Of a DNA stretch of 64,000 nt, positions 50,924 to 59,926 are shown piece by piece. The notes beneath the pieces were generated by a model. The model was not told the origin of the DNA, did not search any database, and saw nothing but the letters and a program-made list of their open reading frames with translations. The position numbers and the translations under genes were made by a program. The DNA comes from Candidatus Latescibacterota bacterium (GTDB lineage: Bacteria > Latescibacterota > UBA2968 > UBA8231): assembly GCA_965217585.1 (NCBI GenBank), contig OZ244561.1, forward strand, positions 5,952,001-6,016,000. Reading direction: 5' to 3'. How positions within the stretch are numbered: position 1 is the first letter of the stretch; the number at the start of each line of letters is the position of its first letter.

Positions 50924-52450
50924 ATGAAAAAACCCAACATAGTGTTCATTATGGCCGACGACATGGGCTACGGCGATGTGGGTTGCTACAATTCGGACTC
51001 CAAGATCCCCACTCCCAACATGGACCGACTCGCCCGCCAAGGCATCCGCTTCACGGATTTGCATTCGCCTTTTGCGGTGTGTTCGCCCACGCGCTATGGG
51101 GTTTTGACCGGCCGCTATTGCTGGCGCACGCCCCTAGGGCACGGCGTCTTCAGTTCATACGAGCCACCGCTCATCGAGAAGGACCGCCTTACCGTCGCCG
51201 GATTGCTCAAGCGCCACGGCTACACCACCGCCGCCATCGGCAAGTGGCACTTGGGGCTGGGCTACCAGGTCAAGGACGGAGAACAGGTCGAATTTCCGCC
51301 GACCTTCATCCGCACCACTGTCGATCGAGCGTTTGAGGAAAAGCTCGATTTCACCAAGCCGCTCACCGGCGGCCCGCTCGAACTGGGCTTTGATTATTTC
51401 TTCGGCACCTCCGGATGCTCAACTGGCGGCAAGCCGTTCGGTTTCATCGAAAACGACCGCTTTACGGAGGAGATGGAGTACTGCGAAGGGCAGGGCATGA
51501 CGGCCCGGGGCTGGCAAAACAAGGATGTGGATCCAACTTTTGCGCAAAAAGCCGTCGAGTTCATAGAGCGACAGGCCGGCCTGGACGATCCGTTCTTTCT
51601 TTATCTGGTACCCTCGGCGCCGCACGAGCCTTGCCGCAGGGAAGTAGTTCCCGAGTTCGCCCGCGACCGCAGCAGGGCCGGAGCGCGCGGCGATCTGGTC
51701 TGGCTGGTGGACTGGATGGTGGGGGAGGTGCTCGAAGCGCTGGAACGCACGGGCAAGGCGGAGGACACCCTGATCATGGTGACCAGCGATAACGGGGCCA
51801 CCCCGGGGGATTTCATAGACCCGGAGGAGGAGGGAAATCTGGGCGCTAGCCCGGACGATGACGAGGATGTCATCTGGCAGGATGAAACGGGTCGGACAAA
51901 GTGGCGGTTGTACGGACACAAATCGTGCGGCGATTGGCGCGGGTACAAAGCGCACATCTGGGAGGGAGGCCACCGCGAGCCCTTCATTGCCCGCTGGCCC
52001 GGCAAGATCGAGCCGGGAGCGGTCTGCGATGAACTGGCCGACCTGATCGATTTCATGGCTACCTGTGCAGCTTTAGTCGGCGACGAACTCCACGGCGAGG
52101 AGGGACAGGACAGCCGCAATATACGGCCCTTGCTGCTGGGCGAGCAGGTCGAAGAGCCGTGCAGGGATATGGCCATCTACCAGTCGTCGTACGGGGTGTA
52201 CGCCATCCGCAAAGGAGACTGGAAGTTCATTCAGGGCACCAAGGGATCTGGCGGTTGGGGACCGCCGAAAGGGGTGAGCCCCGTGCCTGGTGCGCCCGGC
52301 CAGCTCTACAACGTGAAAGAAGATCCCTATGAACAGAACGATCTTTTTGACCAAAGGCCAGAGCTGGTAGAGAAACTGACGCTTGAACTGGAAGCTCAGG
52401 TCGGGGAGGGTTACCCCGACAAAAGCTGGCTTAAGAGGAGAACAGCATAG
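50924..52450 (+). CDS. arylsulfatase (S1)
   Basis: PNIVFIMADDMGYGD, CSPTR, GKWHLG, SDNG, EGGHREP. Confidence 0.95.
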   Translation: MKKPNIVFIMADDMGYGDVGCYNSDSKIPTPNMDRLARQGIRFTDLHSPFAVCSPTRYGVLTGRYCWRTPLGHGVFSSYEPPLIEKDRLTVAGLLKRHGYTTAAIGKWHLGLGYQVKDGEQVEFPPTFIRTTVDRAFEEKLDFTKPLTGGPLELGFDYFFGTSGCSTGGKPFGFIENDRFTEEMEYCEGQGMTARGWQNKDVDPTFAQKAVEFIERQAGLDDPFFLYLVPSAPHEPCRREVVPEFARDRSRAGARGDLVWLVDWMVGEVLEALERTGKAEDTLIMVTSDNGATPGDFIDPEEEGNLGASPDDDEDVIWQDETGRTKWRLYGHKSCGDWRGYKAHIWEGGHREPFIARWPGKIEPGAVCDELADLIDFMATCAALVGDELHGEEGQDSRNIRPLLLGEQVEEPCRDMAIYQSSYGVYAIRKGDWKFIQGTKGSGGWGPPKGVSPVPGAPGQLYNVKEDPYEQNDLFDQRPELVEKLTLELEAQVGEGYPDKSWLKRRTA

Positions 52451-52456
52451 GGCTGA

Positions 52457-53263
52457 TCAAACTTGCGGTGCGCCCTCCAGTTTGACGATCTCCTTGACGT
52501 GGTGGTACGGGGCCGATTCGGTGAGTTCCCGGGTGGTCGGTGAGAGTCGGTCTTTGATCTCGTCGAAGAGGTAGGACGAGTTGCCGAAGTACTGAGGGCA
52601 GTAGCGCAAAGTCAGGGTGCGGCGGTCGCGATCTTGCGGTTTCCAGGGCAGAGTGCCGTGCGTGAGAAGTTCGGAGATAATCAAAACGTCGCCGGCGCGC
52701 GGGGCGAGATGAATCACGCCAGTGGGAATCTCGGTGACATCGTAGTCGTCCCGGCCAACATTGGGATAGAAAAGATCTCTGGGCCGTTCAAAGTGGGATT
52801 TGTGCGAGCCGGGGACCACGATTAGGCCACCGTCGTTAGGGTACACGTCGGTCAGATAGGGGAAGATGACGAAGTTATCGCAGAAGATGCGGCCGTTCTT
52901 GGCGATGAATTGCGTCGTCTGCCAGCCGAAGTCCTCGCGGGCGCAGTGAAGCGGATTGAAGGGGTGGTCGTGGGTATCGATCAGCATAGTGCCGCGAGCA
53001 AAACGCGGCTTGTCACCGCTCAATTCCTTGATGATGGACCAGTAGGCCGGGTGCATGGTCAGGGCCTCTAGCGCCTTGTCAAAGGCAAAGCCGTGCTTGT
53101 GGCCTTTGCCGGCGAACTCGAACCCGGGCGGCAGTTCTTCTTCGGGCGTAGTGCGGAAACGCTCGGTGGCTTCCCAAGCTTTTTGTACTTCTTCTGTGCT
53201 GAGAACGTTTCTCAAGTGGAGATAACCACTTGTGTCGAATAGGTACCTCTGTTCTGGGGTCAT
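52457..53263 (-). CDS. PhyH-family enzyme, HxA variant
   Basis: Close paralog of 49178-49999: LHCARED, THGTLPW, RRTLTLRY. Confidence 0.88.
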   Translation of the reverse strand: MTPEQRYLFDTSGYLHLRNVLSTEEVQKAWEATERFRTTPEEELPPGFEFAGKGHKHGFAFDKALEALTMHPAYWSIIKELSGDKPRFARGTMLIDTHDHPFNPLHCAREDFGWQTTQFIAKNGRIFCDNFVIFPYLTDVYPNDGGLIVVPGSHKSHFERPRDLFYPNVGRDDYDVTEIPTGVIHLAPRAGDVLIISELLTHGTLPWKPQDRDRRTLTLRYCPQYFGNSSYLFDEIKDRLSPTTRELTESAPYHHVKEIVKLEGAPQV

Positions 53264-53291
53264 TGAAATTCTCCTTAATTAGCTTGCCGAT

Positions 53292-53702
53292 TTACTGTGT
53301 GATCAGAATGGAATCCGGCTCCGAGGGCCGGCCCTGAAAGAGGTTTGCATCGGCCGAGCGCACGCGCACAAAGTACCAGACCGAATCTTCCGGGGAGCTG
53401 GGGACTACATCTAGTAGTTCGAAGTCGGTGGTAAAGCTGCGGGTAGAGGCACCAGGCACCAATTTCTCATAAAACGGTGCGGTAGTGTCCTCGATTGAGA
53501 CTACGAAACCCTGTACTACGCCGGCTGGATCGGTCACATCCCAAGTGACGGCGACGCGGTTGTCAGAGAGTAATTCCGCGGCCACCATAGTCGGGATGGG
53601 CAGGTCCTGGTGGAAGGCTTTGACTGGTGTGTAGTCCGCGTCGCAGCCCACTGTCAGCAAGAAGCCCAGAAAAGTGATGTGCCTTTTAGAGATCCCTATC
53701 AT
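53292..53702 (-). CDS. fibronectin type III-like lipoprotein
   Basis: Lipobox TVGC, VAVTWD, YFVRVRS...G.PS. Confidence 0.7.
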   Translation of the reverse strand: MIGISKRHITFLGFLLTVGCDADYTPVKAFHQDLPIPTMVAAELLSDNRVAVTWDVTDPAGVVQGFVVSIEDTTAPFYEKLVPGASTRSFTTDFELLDVVPSSPEDSVWYFVRVRSADANLFQGRPSEPDSILITQ

Positions 53703-55003
53703 TTGGTCGCGCTCTTGAAGGTGAAGGGATACACTACTACTACGTCCTGTTTGGCCGCCAGTTGCTGGGCTAGAACGGTTTCTTGGTCAGCCCCTCCTCC
53801 AAAGCTGTTCGCACCCCCGCCGATACCATCTTCTCCAGCGTCGACACGGCCTGTCTGGACCGGCGGTTGTTGGGCCGCTACACTGGCCAGCCCCTCTCCA
53901 GCGGGGCGGAAGCGCCAGCCCTTGAGCTGTTCGACCAAGCACTCGTCGACGCCGTCATTTTGCACATTGGACTCGACTACCTCGGCTCTGGTGACGCCGC
54001 CGCTAGGGGCGATGGTAAATTCGAGCACCACCGTGCCGGGAATGGCCTCGCCGGCGTCAAAAGCGGTGCTAAAGCAGCGATTGAGGGCAGCTTGTTTGGA
54101 CTTGACCATAGCGTTGATGGTGCTGGACGAGCGGGCGACGTCGCCGGGTAGATTGCCCGTCATTTCGCGCGGTCCTTTGGCGACCAGCCGGGTGCTGCTC
54201 CCTTTTTCTTGGGCGACGGTCTCGACGACCTCGGTGACTGCGACGTTCTGCAAGAAGTCGAAGGGAAGGTCCTTGGTTGCGAGGGGCCGGCCGAAACCGT
54301 CGAATTTGTGGACGAAGTCGCGGATCAAGAAGCGCACCCTTTCGACGTCGGGATGGAGGGTGTCGAAGACGATGAAGCCGTTGTAGTTTTCGCCCTTAAA
54401 GATCAGTTCGTCCTGCCCATAGTAGGTGCTGCGCAGCACGCCCATGCGGAAATCGAAGCGGTAGTATTCGTTGCCGCTCTGGCCGCGGCGACTGCGATAG
54501 TAGCGCTCTAGGCTCTTGCCGTGGGGAGAGGAAAGCAGGGAGATGCCGTAGGAGTGGAGCGTCTCCTGGCGGTCGGTCCGTAGGACGACCCCAATCGGGT
54601 CGAGTTCGACCTTGGCGTGCGTGTAGTTGTAGACCGAGACTTCGAACACGGTGAAGCGCTTGGGAATGTAGCCCTTGTCCGGGTCGACCCAGTCGCCGTA
54701 GGTGTAGGGGTTGGTCGAGTATTTGCCCTGGGAAGAGTCCTCGGGGAAGCGGCGGTTCAAATCTTCATCGCTCAAGGAGCGCACATCGATGCGCAACCCC
54801 TCTTCCTGGTACGACACGGTGCCGTCTTCCCGCAGCCGATAGATTCCCTCAGAGTTCTGGAACTCTTCACCGCTGATGGCCGAGGTCAGATTGGAGCGGT
54901 ACTCCATTTTTTTGGGAAAGAGCAAGCAGCCGCCCAAAAACAGGACCCCGGCCAGGACCAGAGGTGCCCGGGATTTTTTCTCTCTGTGGGGATGCGAAGA
55001 CAT
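53699..55003 (-). CDS. lipoprotein with TonB-C-like (AgmX/PglI) C-terminal domain
   Basis: Lipobox LGGC. C-terminal GTVVLEFTIAPSGGV..AEVVES...CL...KGWRF...VYPFTF. ATG at 55003. Confidence 0.78.
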   Translation of the reverse strand: MSSHPHREKKSRAPLVLAGVLFLGGCLLFPKKMEYRSNLTSAISGEEFQNSEGIYRLREDGTVSYQEEGLRIDVRSLSDEDLNRRFPEDSSQGKYSTNPYTYGDWVDPDKGYIPKRFTVFEVSVYNYTHAKVELDPIGVVLRTDRQETLHSYGISLLSSPHGKSLERYYRSRRGQSGNEYYRFDFRMGVLRSTYYGQDELIFKGENYNGFIVFDTLHPDVERVRFLIRDFVHKFDGFGRPLATKDLPFDFLQNVAVTEVVETVAQEKGSSTRLVAKGPREMTGNLPGDVARSSSTINAMVKSKQAALNRCFSTAFDAGEAIPGTVVLEFTIAPSGGVTRAEVVESNVQNDGVDECLVEQLKGWRFRPAGEGLASVAAQQPPVQTGRVDAGEDGIGGGANSFGGGADQETVLAQQLAAKQDVVVVYPFTFKSATK

Positions 55004-55016
55004 GCTCACGCCCTCT

Positions 55017-56276
55017 CTACCGCGTATCGGCGTGTTCGTAGAAATCGATGTGCTGCTGCGCGATCGAGCCCTGCTGGGTGAGCGCAAATATCACCATGTT
55101 GATACCAATTTTCAACTGCGGTTCGTTTTCGTACTCGCGCTCCCAGTATTTGCCATAGGCCTTGTTGGCGTAGATGGCCACCAGGCGCTCATCTAGATAG
55201 ACCCCCTTGAGGAAGGCCTCGGGCTGGGAGTAGAAAGCACCGGAGGTAAATCCGTGGGTGGTGCCGCCCGATTGGACCAGGATGATTTGGTTGACCTCTT
55301 CTCCGGGTGGCGGGCCGCCGTCGAAGTCGAAGAAGCTGTGGTAGATCGGGTGGGAATTGGGCAGGTTCTCAAAGCGAGCCTGCTTGCCGAGGACCTGCTT
55401 GAACATCTTGCGCAGGGAGGCTTCGGCCGGCCCATAGTCCAAAGCCGGCTCGCCGTTGTCGGCCAAGATGAAACCGCCTCTATCCAAGTAGCGGCGCAGA
55501 TTGTCTATCTCTTGGGGGGTCAGGACAAAGGCCTCGTCCGAGGTGATGTACACGAATGGGGTTTCCATCATCTCCTTAGAGTCGATGAAGAGATGGTTGT
55601 CGACGCGGGCGTTGATCTGGGTGTAGCGGTTGATGGCCTCGACCAGTTGGGGAATAGCTCTGGGCGCATTGGGTTCCAGATCCGTGCCCCAGGCCAGCCC
55701 GAGGTGGACAAAGCCGGTAATGTTCCGTTTGTCGGCGGGGTCTTGGATGACTAGGGCTTTGTACTGGCCCGTGTCGAGGGCGTCCAGGTCGAGGAATTCC
55801 TCCTGCATGCTGATGCGCTTGTCCGGCTCCTTGAGGCTGGTGACGCTGACCGAAGCCAAACGCGGCATCACGACTGCGGTGCCGATGCCGTCGCTATTCT
55901 CCACCGTGTAGGAGAAAGTGGCGACCGTGCCGAATACGTCCGGGCTGTGGATGCGCGCACTCGTGGTGCGGACCTGCTTGGGTTTGGCCGCGGAGACCTT
56001 GCGCGTCATGACGCGCAAGGGCACCCGCTTCTTCTTGAACTCGAAGGGCTTGGTCATGCGCGGGGTGCGCACCATAAACTCGATGACCGGAGGCTGGGCT
56101 ACTTTGGCTTCTTTCTGGGTAAGTTCTAGGGAGCCAATGATAGTCAGATGCGCGATGATCGAGCCGATCAGGCCATAGTAGACGTACTTGCGGGTTCTTC
56201 TGTGAAGATCCCGCAGGTCCAGTCTATCGCTGGGGGAGGAGAAACGTCCGTGCACCATGTCTGTATGTTGGGTCAT
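55017..56276 (-). CDS. membrane-anchored DUF4159 protein
   Basis: N-terminal TM with S..AH (TonB-like). PFVYIT, LRRYLDRGGF, HPIYHSFFDF, GINMVIFALT. Confidence 0.85.
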   Translation of the reverse strand: MTQHTDMVHGRFSSPSDRLDLRDLHRRTRKYVYYGLIGSIIAHLTIIGSLELTQKEAKVAQPPVIEFMVRTPRMTKPFEFKKKRVPLRVMTRKVSAAKPKQVRTTSARIHSPDVFGTVATFSYTVENSDGIGTAVVMPRLASVSVTSLKEPDKRISMQEEFLDLDALDTGQYKALVIQDPADKRNITGFVHLGLAWGTDLEPNAPRAIPQLVEAINRYTQINARVDNHLFIDSKEMMETPFVYITSDEAFVLTPQEIDNLRRYLDRGGFILADNGEPALDYGPAEASLRKMFKQVLGKQARFENLPNSHPIYHSFFDFDGGPPPGEEVNQIILVQSGGTTHGFTSGAFYSQPEAFLKGVYLDERLVAIYANKAYGKYWEREYENEPQLKIGINMVIFALTQQGSIAQQHIDFYEHADTR

Positions 56277-56316
56277 GCCTGTCAGCTCTCTGGGCCGAAT
56301 ACGCGGACTAATGTAC

Positions 56317-57614
56317 TTGAATTCGACAGGTAGGTTGATATTTAGGCTCGAACAGGCATCGGAGTCTCCCTATTTTGGGATAGCTTGATTCACCGCCATG
56401 GATCATCTACCCCAGGGAAACTCCGATGCTGAACCTGACTCGCTTGCCTGTGAACCTTCGTTATTTTTTGCGTGGGACTCAACATTTTTTTCGTCATCGC
56501 CATCATCTGGTGTTCTGTTGGAGTATGACGCTGTTGTTAATCTATCAAGATAAAGCGACGCTGTGTGGTTTAGCCCGCTTGGGGCCTAACCATATAGCGG
56601 AATGGCACTTACGTCGCTTGCTGAGTGCGACCTACTGGAGTTGGCGGTTGCTGTTGGGGTACTTGGTTGATGCGGTGATCGCCGGGCTGCCACCGGCGGA
56701 AGACGGTCGGGTGTTGGTGATCGTCGACGGGACCTACAAAGCCAAGGTGGCCAAGAAACATCCGTTGGTGCGCAAAGCCCGCGCCGATGGCTATAGTCCC
56801 TTTCTGTGGGGGTTTGAAGTGATCCTGGTCATGCTGCAGTGGGGCAATTATCGAATCCCTATCGATTTCGAGTTGGTTCGGCGTAAAGAAGACCCGGCCT
56901 ATCAGAAGCCCAATGTGTTGTTTCGTCAGATGCTGACCGCCTTGGTACCACCGGCTTGGGCCCAGCAAGTGATCGTGGTCGCCGATGCCGGGTTTCCCGC
57001 TAAAGAAACGCTGCACTTGATCCAGCAACGAGGCTTCTTTTTCGTCATGAGTCTGCCCCGCACCTGGAAGTTTGAAGACGGCCATACGCTCAAAGATTGG
57101 GTCCATCATACGCGCCATACCTGTTATCGAAAAATCTGGTTTCGTCCGCACGGCTCCCGTCGGCGGGTCTATTGGGTCTACCGCGGTCGTAAACGCCTGC
57201 GACACATCGGAGATGTCACGTTGGTCTTGAGCAAGAAACGGCGCAACGATTCGCCGAAACAAACCAAAATCCTGGTGACCAATCTACCGGACGTGACCGC
57301 AGGCCAACTCGTCGTGTTGTATACCCGCCGCTGGCACGTGGAACTGCTCATCAAAGAATTGAAAGGGGCCACCGGATTAGGACAAGCCCAGGTGACCAAG
57401 CAGACCCAACGAGTCGAACGCTCCGTCGCGTTGTCCGTTATGGCCTACTTGGTTTTGATCCATTTTCGGCAGCGGGATATTCCCCACCAAGGACCGTGGA
57501 GTGCGTTTACCCTCAAGCGAAATTTTGCTTGGGAGTGTGCGCGAAAACAGATTGAACATAACCAAAAACGAACCTACACAAAGGCCGCCTAAGACAACTA
57601 CCTGTCGAATTCAA
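56317..57614 (+). mobile_element. IS4-superfamily (IS4/IS701-like) insertion sequence
   Basis: Perfect 17-bp TIR TTGAATTCGACAGGTAG (56317-33 / 57598-614). Direct repeat CTAATGTA at 56308-15 and 57615-22. Confidence 0.93.
56426..57592 (+). CDS. DDE transposase
   Basis: VDGT, ADAGF, Y(2)R(3)E(6)K signature YTRRWHVELLIKELK. Confidence 0.93.
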   Translation: MLNLTRLPVNLRYFLRGTQHFFRHRHHLVFCWSMTLLLIYQDKATLCGLARLGPNHIAEWHLRRLLSATYWSWRLLLGYLVDAVIAGLPPAEDGRVLVIVDGTYKAKVAKKHPLVRKARADGYSPFLWGFEVILVMLQWGNYRIPIDFELVRRKEDPAYQKPNVLFRQMLTALVPPAWAQQVIVVADAGFPAKETLHLIQQRGFFFVMSLPRTWKFEDGHTLKDWVHHTRHTCYRKIWFRPHGSRRRVYWVYRGRKRLRHIGDVTLVLSKKRRNDSPKQTKILVTNLPDVTAGQLVVLYTRRWHVELLIKELKGATGLGQAQVTKQTQRVERSVALSVMAYLVLIHFRQRDIPHQGPWSAFTLKRNFAWECARKQIEHNQKRTYTKAA

Positions 57615-57841
57615 CTAATGTAATTCTGGCAGATTGGGGAATCAATACCATCCCCCCGTTTTGGGTGCAACTTCAATACCTTCTTATGCGGGGGAAGATC
57701 TGCTTTCATGCAGCAAAGCCACTGCTTGACACACAGTGGGAAACTTGACAGAGTATATGCATCATTTGCTGGCTGAGCATCGGTCCTCGATAAAAGAGAC
57801 TCCTTGTACGCTTTGATGAATGTTAATGTTTTGAGGCAGTT

Positions 57842-59911
57842 ATGAGGTTCTTAAACAGATTCCTGTTGGTCACCTTGTTATCAGCCGGGACGATTGATGC
57901 CGAGGTGCTGGAGATCACGCAGTGGGTCTCGACGACCTATTACCGCTACGACATTAGCAGCGAGGCGGGTGGAAGCGGGATCATTCGCATCACGGCGGTG
58001 GACGAGTACGAACTCTTCCTGAACGGAAGCCGGGTGGGCGCAGATGCGGATTGGGAGACGATGGAGGCCTACCAAGTGAGCCTGGAAAACGGCAAGAATT
58101 CCATTGCTGTGGTGGTGCAGAACCAAGGCGCTGGTCCGGGCGCCGGTTTAATGCTCGAAGTAGAGGTGGGAGACGAGCAGTTTGCCAGCATGACCAATCA
58201 GCCGTGGTTCTGGACGGGAACGCCGCCCGAGGACGACGGCTGGCAGACGGCGGATGTGACCCGAGACGAGGCGTGGACGCGGGTGCAGGATGGGAGTGCG
58301 GGGCTGGGTGCGGTCGCGGGATTTCAGAGCCTGGCGGTGGCGTCCATTGCCGGATTCCCAGGCGGCGTGGACGCGAGCCGGGACAGCGCAGGCCTTTTGC
58401 AAATGCGCCGGGTGGAGGGGGAGAATTTGGCTTTGGGCTCCTTTTCACGCCCTCCGGGCTTGGCCGATGGCTCTCTACTGACCTTTTGGAGTGCGGGAGC
58501 CGGAGCTTTGAACGAACCCGGGCGTTTGGACTTGGGACGCCGCATAGAGGTCAATCGGGTGCGGGTGATCACCCAAGGCAAGAAGCCCCAGGACTACGAG
58601 GCCAATTCGCTGCGCGGCTACTCGGTACAGATCAGCGACGACCTTTCGCGCTGGACCGAGGTGACGTCCATCTTTGGGATCACCAGTTTCAGGGAGACCG
58701 ATGTTTCCTTTCCCGAGGTAGAGACGCGGCACATCCAGGTGGTGATCGCCGAGGTGAGGCGAGGGCGGGGCTCCAAGGTGGCGGAGATCGAGGTCTTTGG
58801 CACGGGCTTCGCCGAGGAAGGTCAGTACACTTCGGAACCCTTGAACTTTGGCAGTTCCACGGCCCTAAAGAATTTCGGCACGGTGAGTTGGGACGCGGAT
58901 GTACCCAAGCGCACGAGCATGGAACTGCAATTTTGCAGCGCGGGGAGGGATCAAGTGTGGAGCGCATGGAGCGACCCAGTTAGCGAAAGCGGCGTCGCTG
59001 CGAATGTGCCCGAGCCAGCGATATTTCTGCAGTACCGGGTGAATTTTACCACCAGTGATCGGCGGCGTTCGCCCGTGCTGCGCTCCCTGCAGATCGAATT
59101 CGATACAGACGCCACGCCCGTGCGGCAGGCACTCGGCTCGGTGCAACCGCTGCGGGTACCTCTGGGCAGAGACACCACCTTTGTCTACACCTTGGATCTG
59201 GATGTGACCGATCCCGGAATAGAGAAGATCGGCATTGACGTGCCGAGCTGGGCTGAGTTGGCCGGACCGGTGGAAGGCTTGGGCAGTTCCTCTATCCAGG
59301 CCACGGCGGCCTACGATCCGGAGCGGCAGCAGCTCACAGTGAGCTTTGACCCGGCGATCCAGCCCTCCGACGATATATCCAGCCTCACCATTCCGTTTTC
59401 TACGGCCCAGTACATCCCCCTCTTCAACTACGTGGCCCACATTTTTGCCCCCGGCTCCGAAAACCCGGTTACCGCGTCCGAGAACAGGGTGGTGGATGTG
59501 GAGAGCAGCACAGTACTGCAGTCTTGGTCAGTCGTCATCTCCCAGTCGCTGGACCAGGTGTTGCTGCGGGTGCGTCCCAATCCGCAAGTCTTTACCCCCA
59601 ACGGCGACGACCGCAATGACTTCACGGTGATTGAATTCGTTCTCGCTAAGGTCTCCAAGCGCCAGAACGTGGATATAGCGATCTTTGCCTTGGACGGCAG
59701 CAAGGTGCGCAGCCTGCGAGGAGGCAGCCTGCAGGCGGGAACTTACTTTCATCCGGGCACCGCGGAGCTTGCTGCGAGTGCACCGGGCCAATGGGACGGC
59801 AAAGATGACGACGGCAACACAGTGCCGCCGGGCATCTATCTCTACCAGGTCGAAGTGGGTCTGGACGGTAGCAAAGTGCGACAGGTCGGAGCCGTGGGCT
59901 TGGCATACTGA
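57842..59911 (+). CDS. secreted discoidin/F5-8 domain protein with C-terminal FlgD-Ig (CHU_C-like) domain
   Basis: Signal peptide, DEYELFLNG, discoidin-like YSVQISDD..W...AEIEVFG, FTPNGDDRND, WDGKDDDG..VPPGIYLY. Confidence 0.82.
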   Translation: MRFLNRFLLVTLLSAGTIDAEVLEITQWVSTTYYRYDISSEAGGSGIIRITAVDEYELFLNGSRVGADADWETMEAYQVSLENGKNSIAVVVQNQGAGPGAGLMLEVEVGDEQFASMTNQPWFWTGTPPEDDGWQTADVTRDEAWTRVQDGSAGLGAVAGFQSLAVASIAGFPGGVDASRDSAGLLQMRRVEGENLALGSFSRPPGLADGSLLTFWSAGAGALNEPGRLDLGRRIEVNRVRVITQGKKPQDYEANSLRGYSVQISDDLSRWTEVTSIFGITSFRETDVSFPEVETRHIQVVIAEVRRGRGSKVAEIEVFGTGFAEEGQYTSEPLNFGSSTALKNFGTVSWDADVPKRTSMELQFCSAGRDQVWSAWSDPVSESGVAANVPEPAIFLQYRVNFTTSDRRRSPVLRSLQIEFDTDATPVRQALGSVQPLRVPLGRDTTFVYTLDLDVTDPGIEKIGIDVPSWAELAGPVEGLGSSSIQATAAYDPERQQLTVSFDPAIQPSDDISSLTIPFSTAQYIPLFNYVAHIFAPGSENPVTASENRVVDVESSTVLQSWSVVISQSLDQVLLRVRPNPQVFTPNGDDRNDFTVIEFVLAKVSKRQNVDIAIFALDGSKVRSLRGGSLQAGTYFHPGTAELAASAPGQWDGKDDDGNTVPPGIYLYQVEVGLDGSKVRQVGAVGLAY

Positions 59912-59926
59912 GCAGGAAAAACAACA

